A DNA stretch of 64,000 bases from Epiperipatus broadwayi (taxonomy: Eukaryota > Animalia > Onychophora). Both the position numbers and the translations under genes were made by a program. Each line of letters starts with the position of its first letter. Position 1 is the stretch's first letter. The notes beneath the pieces were generated by a model. That model did no database searches and was not told the origin of the DNA. It saw nothing but the letters and a program-made list of their open reading frames with translations. This document shows, piece by piece, positions 12,124-25,278 of the stretch. The stretch spans positions 21,266,001 to 21,330,000 of the forward strand of contig JAQFVV010000004.1 of NCBI GenBank assembly GCA_028023455.1, given 5' to 3'.

Positions 12124-15100
12124 AATAATAAATATATGAATATACATATTGAAACAGTAAGATTTGTATTCGAATCTTAAGTTTCACCTTTTTCTGTCGT
12201 CTCTCACTGACCGGTCTATCCCGCCCAAATTTAAACTTTTTGATATCGAATTGTGTGTGTAACAATATTAAAAATGTATAAATCTATGTAGAATTCAGCA
12301 TAAACATGCACATATTTCGATCTCAAATTAAAGGCAATAAATAGGGATAAAATAATATAATTTAGATTTCTTTTAGTTATATAATTTTGTATAATTTTAA
12401 TCATTTATTTTGGATTATAAAGTTCGTATTTATTGCTTTGTTTAAATTTCGTTTAATAATAATTCTAAAAAAATCTGATGTAATATTTAATTAAAAGTTA
12501 AAATAATCTTATGTTCCCTTTTTGTCTTTGAAATTTAAAAGCATCGGTCAGTGATAGATAATAGATTAATTAAAGAAAAATTCCCCAAAATGTAATTAGT
12601 AAATGTAAAGTGTAAACAATAGAACGGCAGCTTTCTTTAATTAAAAACTAACAAAATGCATTGATTATCCTCAGGGCAGATTAAGTAGAACCTAAAAATA
12701 TCTTAACAAAAATGTGAAAGATCAAGATAAAAAAAGAGGCCATCTTAGACTTGCTGGAGACATTCACTTAAACTTTAGCTTTGCTCTCGAGCACTGAGAG
12801 TCTCCAAAATATAAAAATAATTTGTTCCAAGGTATGACCGAGTAAAGCATCTAGACTATTCTCCATCGGGATATGGCCTATCGGATGCCAAACTTTCCAT
12901 TGCCTGTCATAAATTCACCATGAAGATCTGCTGCCTGAAATAAATGAAAAAGCTGCTGCTGCTGTGAAATTAAATGAAATATCTAAATACAAGAAAGACT
13001 TGCCACTCGTGAACTTTTTGCTGCTAAACTCATGGAATCAGAAAACTTCTTATAAAACAGGTACCTGTCTGTGTTCAAACTCTAGAGTACTCTAATAACA
13101 TGCTATAGCTATTCTTCATATTACTTATCTAAATTTATAAAATGTAAAAACTATCATTTGTATAACTAAAATTGAATAATTAATTAATATGTAAATTTCT
13201 CTAATAATCTAGCTTACCTCACTCTATCTTGGGTGCGTATTTCTCAAATCTACATTCTATCTATAGTTATTATTTAATTATTGCATGCTCATAATTGTCT
13301 CAATTTTCAAAGTTTAAATCTATGATCGCTTGGAACAATGAATGCGTGTCAAATTTTCATTAATATTTGCTTTCATAACTAACTTAACTTTCATATAAAT
13401 CGACACGCATTCAATGCATCATTTATTGTAATGCAGGGGTCTACTACTTCGCAAATGGCTGACGTATTAGTTATAATAATTCCCAATTTATATATGTTTG
13501 GTATTTATTAAATCATCATGAATAATTCCATAAAATTACATTTCTTTGAGAGTCACCAATGTTCTTTAGTAAATGTTGATAATGTAGGGCCGAATTAGAA
13601 ATCTATTTAAATCTTATCATAATCGTTTATACTTATACATGTGTTACGTTTTAAAGACGCGATGATCTATTCCGCCGTAAATATTCCGGATTCTTCAGGG
13701 TTGAAATTAACCCCCGTCGTCCTACACAAGTGGACATAATAAATGCTCCCATAGGATTTGACCTGTCATGCAGCCAGCCGGCAAATTGCGACACGTACCG
13801 CTTGTCCCTGGTTATGCCTATGTGACACTTTACTTCGTCGGGTCGAGGCAGAGACCAGCCCGACAGTTTTATAAACTCATTCGTGGCATTGCAGTTTCGA
13901 TATACTGCCATTCCATATCGCCTTTCTAAAGCGTACCACGTGTTCCTTTACTTAGTTTTATTATTCTATATATCACTCCGCCTCTGCATTATCTTCATAA
14001 TTCACTCTCAAATAAATGTTTGCCCTTAGTCATAAAATCAATAGTTTAATTAAATAAATATATGTCCGCCGCCACTCTTAAATCTTACTTTTAGACTCTT
14101 GCATTGCAAAGGTATAAATTCCCCAAGGCATGCATTAGAAATACTTACTCGAGAATTTTAGGTAGCTAGATTACGCAAACAAATAAATGTATTCCTTTTG
14201 TAAACATTACAGTATCTGAAATACCGCTACTGAAATGCTCAATATAAAATAATGTCTAAATAAATAAATGTATTCTTTAAAATATAATCATGTTGCAAAT
14301 CCCGCTACTGAAGCTTTGAATCCCTAAAATATTAGTAAATGATTTTATTAAAATGTATTAATAAATAATTTTAAACTATATGTCTGCAGTTACGTTTCAT
14401 TTATTCGATATCTATTCTATATAATATTTCCTCGATTATGTAAATGTGAATGTTTAATTAATATTAGTTTGATTATTGGTTAACTCGAGAATAAAATCAT
14501 GAATCTCTTGCATATCCCTGACCACCGTGCCTAAGGAAATATTTACTAATGTCGCATCAGATGCATTGTTTCGTGGATTGTATTGTGGAACCGATAAACT
14601 ATGTTCGAACTCAGTACCACGGGTGGCTTCGCTACTTGATGGTGCTGCTGTTCTGTATGGTGGTCGAATTCTGCACTATGTTTACGAGTCACACGTTTTC
14701 TGACTGTTACAATATATGGTTGGTGAAAATAAATAAAGTTTTTAAAAAGAAAAGGAGAGTATATAATTTGATTGGATTCAATGAAAAGAACATTATAGTT
14801 TTATAACTGAATACATTTGTCATACAACAAACCCTGATCTTTAATATACTGCATATGGACTATTTTATGCATATATTTAATATGGGATAAATATAACAGC
14901 TACACCTTTCTATAACAGTAACTATGGGGAATGGTTATTTTAGGACCAAATCCTGATTTAATAAAACTCCATTTTAATTATAAAGATGGCTCATTTTGAA
15001 ACTGACACTTAAATCTATAAACAAAATTTCAAATGACTACAGAAATATTTTAATTATTTATCAGTGAACTTATCTAATCCTTAGCGATCAAAAAAAAAAA

Positions 15101-15259
15101 CTAACTATGAATAAATAAATAATACATACTAATTATAAGTTATAAATTAATAATTTAGTTGTATCAATTGAGTTCAAAACTTGGACACTTTATTTATTTA
15201 CTTCGGCATGGAAATTTCCATTTAACAAATATTACACCTCCCATTATTATATGCTTTTG

Positions 15260-16030
15260 TTTTAATTGACAATTTCAAAACAGAAAAAAAATTTTTTTTT
15301 CTTATAAAGAAAACTTTAGTAACATATATATTTAAAAAATAATAAAGCTAATTTTAATTTTAAACAGCCAAGCTAGAATATTTAACATCAAATGCTGCCT
15401 TTTTTTTATATAGACAAAGCATTCACTTCATAAAGTTTCTTTGGATTAATGTACTAAAATAAACTTAGAAATAAATACATTATACTTAAAATAAGTTCCG
15501 ATAAGGTCCAAACAGGTTTTTTTTAAAAAAAATAAAACTTACAAAGTCAAGTTACATAGCCATAGTTTGATTTCTTCAAGATCGCAAGAATTAATCAATT
15601 CATTTTTAGTGGCATAATGCCAGATTCCAGATATCCAGAACAGATTAGCAACTGGCAGCTTTTCCTCTTTTACTGACTCTGCATAATAAGTCTGATATTG
15701 CTTGAATATAGTGAGTATCCAGAATGACTTATAATAAAAATTGATTTTATATACCTTTTACTTCTTCCGATCTTACAACATGTTTGATCCTGTTCTTGTT
15801 TTTAAAACCTTTTTATATTAATTTTAAAATTTTCAAAAACAGTTTAACTGATAAATTTGCAAAATACTTTAATTGTTTAAATTTTTTTCTTGTTTTCCAA
15901 TCTCTTATCAAACACAGGCTTAATCTTTTTTTCTTTAATTTTTATTTGAGTTGTTTTGCAATTTATTCTTTGATGAGAAAAAGTTTTAATATATTTTACT
16001 AGTTTCTCTTAAATTTAATTTTCTTCAACA
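15260..16030 (-). repeat. Degenerate dispersed repeat, paralog of 22005-22860
   Basis: Shared blocks occur in the same order: tgacaatttc, agaaaacttt..taacatatatat, attaatcaatt, attctttgat..gaaaa. Confidence 0.6.
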
Positions 16031-19000
16031 AAACAGCAGCACTATTTAATACAATAATTAATAATTTATTTTAAAATACATTTAATATTTTATCTTAAAC
16101 AATTTGTTCTATTTTATTATTAATATTGAAGCGATCACTCTGTAGTCAGAGTGAGCTTCACGTTTTCCTTTCTAAAAACTAACATATACCAAGATTCAAA
16201 CCCAGCAATTATATTTAACGTACTAACATTGCCATCACCTACTATGTGGCAACGTATATATATATATTTAAAATATGCTAAAACTTTAAAATAAATAAAA
16301 ATAAACTCTTTCAACTTAGATTCTTTATTAAAAGTGGTCAAAATACTTTTAACAAGTTTTTAAAAGATTTGGTGTATGCTAAAACTTTACTATATAATAA
16401 ATATTTTATAATTTTTGATTTTGATATTTTGATATTTTTGAATAAAAGCTTTTGTTTTTTTTGCAAAAAAAAAAAAGAGAGAGAGAGAGAATTTAAATAA
16501 TCACATAAAGTTTGTCATTTGTAAAAATTTATTTGCTTTTAATTTCAATTTTGTGAAAATTTAAAAGAAAGAAGATATAACCAAGATGGCAGGTTCACAT
16601 TAACCCATTTGTGAAGTTTTGCTTCACTAATTAAATATTTTAAAAGCTCTACTTTCATTAATTGAAATATTGTTTTCTTATCAAAGTCATTTTTATTTTA
16701 ACTAAAAATATTTCATTAATGAAATATTTTTGTTTCATTTATATTAATTTAAATTCTTTCAAGCTGGAATGTGTTTTGAACCTTATCATCTTCTTATATC
16801 TTGTTTTTAATTAAAAATGGGCTGTAATTTGTTAATTGCTTATCTTCCTCTGGGCAAATGAACAAAGGCATTCATGTCATAGTTGGGAATGATATAAATA
16901 GGGTAGATTAGAGATAAAGGGGCTTTTGGCTTTTGCTTTTTGCTGTTTTACTTTTCTGGTACCTTTTATATAGTATAATAAAATGTCAGTTGAATAGGGG
17001 ACCCGAATCATCTTTTCCCACTCTCGGGACTGTCTCCGAAATGCTGCAATGAAGCTCCTGCCATAGAAGAATGCTGTCACCAATGAAGAAGTAATAATGA
17101 CCAAGATTGCTGACCATCAAGCTGATTATCCTAAACTGAAGCTCAGGGAGTGAACCATTCAGCCATTGAACCAGAGTATGCCAAGGCAACAGTCCAATAT
17201 CCATGCAAAGTTGTCTGTGCTTGCCTATAAATATTAATTAATATGTTTTTTTTTTATATTTATATTTAATCTTTGCTTGTAAGACTCTCTCTAATCCTAT
17301 AATATATATATATGTGTGTGTGTGTGTGTGTAAATGCTCACATCTATCTCAAGCTTTAAATTCTACATTTTATTTAGTTCGGTAAATTTTATTATTATAA
17401 TTATTTGCCGTTTACTTTTATTTGTAATTTATATGCCAAGTCAACTCAACTCCACGAGCCTATATTTTAGATTAGTCTTTTAAATCCCCAGCACTTCTGG
17501 GATATTTTAATTACTTTAAATTATTTGTTTTAAAGCCATTGCTCACTGGATTGACAAATAGTTAAATAATATCATTTCTGTTTCTAGACAGATTATTATT
17601 ACTATAATACCCCATATATATATATATTATTGATTATAAATTTAATGTTAATCCAGAATGCTATTGCTTAAATTCCAGTTAAGATATTTTAAATAAGAAT
17701 GACCATTATTTTTTTAATGTAATAATCATTTATATGTAGCACCTTGAGCATTATAGTTTAAATAATGCTTATTGATTCCAAATGCATGTGGAACCCGTTT
17801 AATAAAGGGAAATGTAATCATATGTTGTTAAGACATTCATCTAGTTTTATATTTCAGTTATATAATTTGGTTTAGTATACAAGTCATGCCATTACGCCAA
17901 TTAAAACTTTATATTTAGGCCCCACTAGTTATTTTGATGTAAAGGACATATCATAGTTTCATAGCATTGCCAGCATAGGTCAGCCATCATCATTATTTGC
18001 TTTATCATAATTTGAGGATCATCGAGAAACTCTGAATCCTCCATCTTCACTTATATATATGTTTTAGCTGGCATTGAAAGTGCCCTAGGATACCTTCCGA
18101 AACAGTAGCAGAAGCTCTGCATTGGTAACCTACGCGGACAATTGCATCTCCCTACCTACCTCCTCTCCAGATATAACCCGCCAGAAGAACAGGCATACCA
18201 TTTCTTTTTTCCCATTTAAATGGTGAAGCATCTACTTGGCCAAAATGTACTGAATCTTACATTTTGCTGCCTCATGCTCGCACCACGATTTCTTATAGTA
18301 TTTTAGAATTACACCTAAACTAATCTGTAAGCTGTAACGCTGTGATATAACTAAACCATTTTTGTTATTTATTATTGTATTTATAAGTAGAATGTCATGA
18401 AAAGCTTGCATTAAGCTATTTCCCTTAGACGAGCGACTCCCACATGCGTAAATGAATTTTCCTTATTTTATTTTATAATTCAAGAATTGAAATGTAACAT
18501 TTGTCATATTGAATATGAAAATATTCGCGTATTCAAAGTCACTATTTTATAACTTTGTTGTTCAATAATTAATAAATGTAACGGATGTCAGAAACCAATT
18601 TACCTGGCATCATAGTTACATACATGTAGATTTCTTGCATGATCGAAGTGGCCGATCATAGTTTATTAAATACATGATATTAATTTATTCAAACATTAAA
18701 GTGTCTCTCTTGTGAATTCTTTTGTCTAGGTCATTATTTAATCATATGATAAAATAGCGTTTCTCTTCTTAAACTCATTATGTAACTTTTTTTTCTCCAA
18801 ACATTGGCATATAAATAAACCGCACTATATATGTATTAGTATGATATCCCATAATGATCACAGATGTAAGCATAATAAAACTATTCTAGCATGAACTATA
18901 TAAATAATGTATGTTTGGAATAAATTGTTTTTATATAATATTAAATTAAAGTATCTTTTCATACTATCCAGAGTTTGAATCTTTATTTTGGTTAATTATT

Positions 19001-19469
19001 TAAATAAAAAGGTTTTTCTATATTGATATACTATGTTAATAATTCTATCTTATTCAGGGATCCATCTTTGATAGCCCTAATTCGAGTCTCATGTCTCTTA
19101 CCGCTGTCTGATGTCCAGTACAATATATTATATAATAAACACTTTTTTTAACTTTTGAATGCTATTCTTATTAGCATCCTCACAACTAAATCATCTCTCA
19201 ACCATATGGAAGTTCATATAGTGAACAGTAAAATGAATAAGACATTATTCATTTCAATATATATATAATCTAATGAGCTCTAAACAAGCTTTTTTTATTT
19301 TTATTTTTTATTATGATAAATGCAAGCTATATAAGTCATGTGAGATTGCTTTTATAAGCTTGTATTTACAAAAATAAAATACAGAGAGCATACCAATAGC
19401 TCAAACAAGCTCTTAATTGATAAGTGTAGTAAAAGAAAATATTTAAAATCTCTATCCGAAATACTCTTA

Positions 19470-19515
19470 TCCACAGACCAATTGGTTTCAAGCTTATGGC
19501 TCACCTCAGTGAAGA
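19470..19515 (-). ncRNA. Type I hammerhead ribozyme motif (family B, copy 1; A9 to U)
   Basis: Minus strand reads TCTTCA-CTGAGGT-GAGC-CATAA-GCTT-GAAA-CC-AATT-GG-TC-TGTGGA. Confidence 0.65.
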
Positions 19516-20085
19516 GCTAGAATATTCAGACACTAGATCTAAAATATCAACTCAAAACCCAGCACTTATTTTATACATAATATTTAAATAGAAACTCTGA
19601 AGTCTTCGGACATGAAAATGTCATTTACTCCAGCTATCTAATTTAAATAGCTGTATGGGATTGAACCAAATTCAGATCTACCATATATTAATAACCTCAG
19701 CATAGCCAAAGCCATAGAGGTAAAATTATAATTATTAAATAAAGCAAGTCATATATAATGTGAAATTGCTTTTATAAGCTTGTATTTACAAAAATGATAT
19801 ACAGAGAGCGTATTAATAGCTCAAACAAGCTCTTAATTGATAAGTGCAGTAAGAGAAAATATTAAAATAATATAATTTTATCTTTATGAATTTTGCTATG
19901 CTGAGGCTATTAATATATGCTAGATGTGAATTTGGTTCAGTTCCATATAGCTATTTAAGTTAGATAGCTGGAGTAAAAGACATTTTCATGTCCGAAAACT
20001 TCAAAGTTTCTATTTAAATATTATATATAAAATAAGTGCTGGGTTTTGAGTTGATATTTTAGATCTAGTGTCTGAATAGTCTCTC

Positions 20086-20131
20086 TCCTCACTGAGGAGA
20101 GCCATAAGCTTGAAACCAATTGGGCTGGGGA
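20086..20131 (+). ncRNA. Type I hammerhead ribozyme motif (family B, copy 2; canonical core, U16.1 to G)
   Basis: Reads TCCTCA-CTGAGGA-GAGC-CATAA-GCTT-GAAA-CC-AATT-GG-GC-TGGGGA. Confidence 0.7.
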
Positions 20132-20489
20132 TAAGAGTATTTTGGATAGAGATTTTAAATATTTTCTCTTACTGCACTTATCAATTAAGAGCTTGTTTGA
20201 GCTATTGGTACACTCTCCGTATTTCATTTTTATAAATACAAGCTCATAAAAGCAATGTCACATTATATATGACTTGCTTTATTGATAATTATAATTTTAT
20301 CTTTATGGCATTGGCTATGCTGGGGCTATTAATATATGGTAGATAACCATATAGCTATTTAAGTTAGATAGCTGGAGTAAAAGACATTTCCATGTCCAAA
20401 AACTTCAGAGTTTCTATTTAAATATTATGTATAAAATAAGTGTTGGGTTTTGAGTTGATATTTTAGATCTAGTGTCTGAATATTCTAGC

Positions 20490-20535
20490 TCCTCACTGAG
20501 GTGAGCCATAAGCTCAAAAACAATTGGTCTGGGAA
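20490..20535 (+). ncRNA. Degenerate type I hammerhead motif (family B, copy 3)
   Basis: Reads TCCTCA-CTGAGGT-GAGC-CATAA-GCTC-AAAA-AC-AATT-GG-TC-TGGGAA. Confidence 0.55.
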
Positions 20536-21002
20536 TAAGAGTATTTTGGATAGAGATTTTAAATATTTTCTCTTACCGCACTTATCAATTAAGAGCTTAC
20601 TTGAGCTATTGATACACTCTCTGTATTTTATATTTATATATATAAGCACATATCAATGACATCATTAAAGGAATTAAGAAATTAAAATGTCAATATGTCA
20701 AGGCCAGTTTGTTAGAAGAGATGATAATGAATGGGCAGTTGAAATCTTAAATTGGATTCGTTGATTACATGTGACATAAACTGATTATATATAAAAAACT
20801 TTGTTGCTAGATGTAGAAAAGAATAAATTATGAATCAAGAAATTGGATTCAATTTGAAAAGATCTTCATCCTGTAGTGGATCGATATTTAAAAATGATTG
20901 AATAATATATATTGTAATGGTGAGATTATGTATGTCTGAATTATTTTTATTTATTTCAATTTACATTAATCATCAGCAAATGGGCATATATATATATTTA
21001 AA

Positions 21003-21352
21003 GAATATTAGAATGATGATGATCACTATAAAATCCTTATTTGCGATACTTAATTAGATCATGTAAAACATAAGTTACTCCCAATAAAAGGAACAAATAT
21101 GAAGACCAGACAATATATATAAAGTTAACACATTATTTAAACAAATAACAACAATAGTTTATTTACAAAATATAATTGTCAGATAAAATATAACTTTTGT
21201 TTACTCTAAATAAGTCATTTCTTTACTTTTATATATTATTGTTTTAAGAAGCATGGAAGAAAACAATTATTTATAGTGTCCAAGGTTTACTTTGATTAGT
21301 TTTAAACATTAATCTTCCGTTAACTTTTATAATACTAATACAGTATTATGAT
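21003..21352. repeat. Dispersed repeat family C, copy 2
   Basis: Homologous to 10499-10872. Confidence 0.8.
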
Positions 21353-22004
21353 TAAGTACATATGCCACAACCCCCTAGCCTTTAAATACCCCCTGGATAA
21401 AATCCTATGTATGATCAATCCTTACAAATATATTTATTTAACTCATAAATTGCCTAGCATAGTCACATTCATATATCTAATATAGTATAATTATAATTGC
21501 TACACCTTTCTTACAATAGCAACTCTAGGGAGTTGTCACTTCAGTTCTGAATCCCAATTTAATAATACTATACTATAACTTCACTACGGAGATGGAACCA
21601 TTGAATCTGATCCTTAATTTAATAGAAAAAAATCTCAAATGAGTCTACCCCATATAGATACAGAATATTTTAACTATTTGACAATGGCCAAACAACTACA
21701 TATATATTATAAACTCTTCATACATAAAATCCAATTACATGGCAATAAAAAGAACTAAATTATGAACAAATGAACTTGATCAGAATTCAAATAAATCTTT
21801 AATTAATAATTATATTGCTTTCACTATTTAACATTTGGATGCTTTACTTTACATATTTTACACCCTGTATTTAGTAATAGTATTATTAGCGATTAAGCCA
21901 ATGCACATGCGCTTTAAAGATAAATTATAAATGAATACTCAATTTTTCCAGACACGAGATATAGTATTTTAGAAAGAATGGAAAAAATACTACTCCTTTG
22001 ATTA

Positions 22005-22860
22005 TTTTCTGACAATTTCCACATAAAAAAAAAACATTTTTAGAAAACTTTTAATTAACATATATATACAAAAAAAAAAAAGAAAAGAAATATTAATCTT
22101 AAAATGCAGTTACACTATTTGTAAAAGCTTAACAACAAATGTTGACTTCTTTTTTAAACAAAACAAGTCTAAATATTTTTTTAACTGACAAAGCAAAGGC
22201 TTTATAATAGCTGTAGTCGTTTTCTTCATGATAGCAAATATTAATCAATTACATTTGTAAGTTGCCACAATATCCTTTAACAATCTACTGTTTTGAAGTT
22301 TGAAGTAAGCAGTGTGTCATTTTAATTAGAGATTTGTTCAAAAATAGCATGTCAAATTCCACATAGTGATCCAGAGTCAATTTTGGCAACTGACAGTTAT
22401 TCCACTTCTCTACTTATTCATTACAATGCTATTCCTTGCAGATTGATTAAAACAAAAATCAAGAATGACTGTTTTAAAAAACATGACCCTATATAAGTTT
22501 TAGTTCTTGATTTGATTACCTTCATCTTGTTTTTAGCATTTTTGATCTTGTTTTTCACAGGCTTTGATATTCTTGTTTTTAACAATTTTAATTTCTTATT
22601 TAATGACACTTTTATGACCAAATTTTATTTTAATTACAAGAATTTCAAAAACACTTTCATTATTTGACTGAACTTGCAAAAGGCTGTGATTATTAAATTG
22701 CCTGATTTTTTAAAAATCTCTTCTCAAAACTAGTTTAATGTTTTTAAAATTTAAAATCTATTTTTTTTTTAGTTGAGGTGCTTGAAATACATTCTTTGAT
22801 AAGAGAAAATTTTACTATAATTTACCAATTTCTCTAAAATGTAAATTATATTTAAAGATT
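22005..22860 (-). repeat. Degenerate dispersed repeat, paralog of 15260-16030
   Basis: Shares collinear sequence blocks with 15260-16030. Confidence 0.6.
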
Positions 22861-25278
22861 TGCACATATTTACTATTATTATATTTACCAATTTTTATAT
22901 CTCTGAACCAACTCACAATCATGTGGAAAACCCCATGACTGACAGTGAAATGAATGACATATTTAATATTTTATTGATTTCACATTCTCAAACTTTTAAA
23001 CAAAAAAAAACAAAAAAAAAATGATTGTATTTGTATTAGTTTTTTCTTAAAACATTTCAAACTTTTGGTGTTATATATATATATTATAATGAACCGGAGA
23101 AGGCAACTTAACGTAATCTGCACTACAAGGCGCCACTAGGCATTTGAACCTAGAAAATTTATATAGTAGGCAGATACGTAAGTTAAAAAAAAAAATTATT
23201 TTATATATTTTGGTTGATTCCGGTCGTTAGCCCATTGTCACTACCTCAGTGGAGACGCAGAGATAATAAAATAATTCTTATCTAAAAACATTTTCAAATT
23301 AAAGGAAACCACTGCCAGAAATTAACACACAAACATTTATTTACGCACATATATAATATTTAAAATTATTTTAGTATCAGTTTTACATTTTAAAATTTAA
23401 CTTACATTTTTAACTTTTATTTTAGATTTTAATTTATATTTTAATTTTTATAAGTTTACATTTTAATTTTTATAAGTTCGCACAGATGGATTTATAAAAG
23501 TTTGTTTTATAATGTTGAGTACAGATTGGTTACATAGATTACACAGTTAAAAACATTTCAAAATAAACATAAACGATCAAAATATAAAATCATTGGTGGA
23601 ACTGCAGAGGGAAATTTATAAGAAACCCAATGGCATTCATCATAAGATGCCACATTGACACCAATAACTTAAAAGACATCCGAATAAATACATTTTAGAT
23701 ACCGTAAGGTATCATTATTTACCGAATGTCTATATATTTTGATCAAATATGAAAACCAAAAACATAATTAACCGATAACGAATCCATGCAAGCATCTATA
23801 CCCAACTTAAATTTAATGCATTTTTATTTAGAGTGTCGAGTATGAATAGACTACATAGATTGCATTTGAAAAGAAAATATTTTATCCCTTATTTAACCTT
23901 AGGCCAAAAGTTCACAGTTAAACCAACATCAATCCATCTGATATATTGATGTATTCAATGTAATACAAATATGACAGCACAAATATAGGTTAAGAAAAGA
24001 AACTGACTCTCGTCCAGATAGGAATACTACATCTATCTAATGAAAAGAGCAATAAAAAAAAACTCCATAGGAAAGAACTGCGGTCTCTGTCTTATTATTT
24101 CCTTCCATTGGCAAATGGGAGTGTGAGGCGTAAAAAGCGATTCTGCCCGTAGCGAATCTTGTACATCTACTAATTACACCAATATATCCAATCCATTGAC
24201 CTAATTTAACTACGGAACGAATAACCTAAGATTACCCTCCCCTAATATAACTTTACAAATCTATATAGACATTCACGCCCGACTTAAATTTAACATTTAC
24301 ATAATTTAGTTTAACGAAAAACAGAAATCATAATAAAAACTTAAAGAACAAAAATAAATAAATAAATAAATGGAAATGATTTTACAAAAGAAATACATCA
24401 AATAAAATTATAACTAATTTAGTCAGATAGGAAATTTTCTTCTATTTAAAATATTGAAATGTTTAGCATTTATAGTTCTTTTGTTTAGAAATGTTCATTA
24501 ATTATATATTTCTTACTATTTTGAAAAATGTCCGTAGTCTCTGATTTCTTGTAATGGAAGGTGTTAATTCCCACGAAGTCATAAGGAGATCAGTGTGCAG
24601 TTAACCATTGGTCCTTTATAGTTGATGGTATTCTTCCGGGCCTTGATGTCAGGTGGTCCGCAATATTGGAAAACGATGTTTCATTTTTTTGAACTGAAGG
24701 AATTGAAAGTGCGTCTTTCAATCCCTTCTCCTCCAACCCTCTCCAACTTAACACATATCTGTCCTCTCTTAATAATCTTTCACTCACTTTTTATAGTAGC
24801 CTTTCAGATCCAGTGAACATTATGTCAAGACGATGTGATGGTCTTTTCGCTGAGGTCCGATTCCATTGTTTTTCTCTCCTATCTGACCTTTGTTTATACA
24901 TTTTAAATGCCCAAGGGCTAGTTTACATTTAACTAATTAAAACAATCATTTCCATTTTCTGATTAGTATTTGCTGATTAATTAATGTATTTTCCAAACTT
25001 AAAGATATATTTTTATCTCTAAATCTTTTTGTTGAAAGATTTAGTTTTTCTATTTTTAATAAAGTTTTATTTTAATAATTTTTTTTCATCTGTGTGATTT
25101 TATATATATACGAGTTTAAGATGATTTTTTAATTTTCAATTTTTAATTCTTAAAAACGAAGTTTTATTTGCGAACTTTTATTTTTTCATGTTTACTAAAA
25201 AAAAATAATGTAACGTCGTATGTCGCCGTTACAATATATATATATAGTATTATAATTCAATGTCTGTATTTCTGCAAA

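Larger units (their letters stand above)
19330..20625. mobile_element. Family B hammerhead-containing repeat array (~405-415-bp unit; about 1.3 units on minus, then about 1.8 units on plus)
   Basis: 19335-19460 is repeated at 19747-19868. Orientation switches at about 19869. Direct units follow at 19869-20290 and 20290-20625. Each full unit has an HHR motif and an A/B-box-like head (B-box region partly deleted in the last unit). Confidence 0.88.

Noticed and set aside
12200-12558. 10-bp inverted match TCACTGACCG/CGGTCAGTGA resembling CACTA/CACTG TIRs
   Set aside because: The match is short and there is no matching 2-3 bp TSD.
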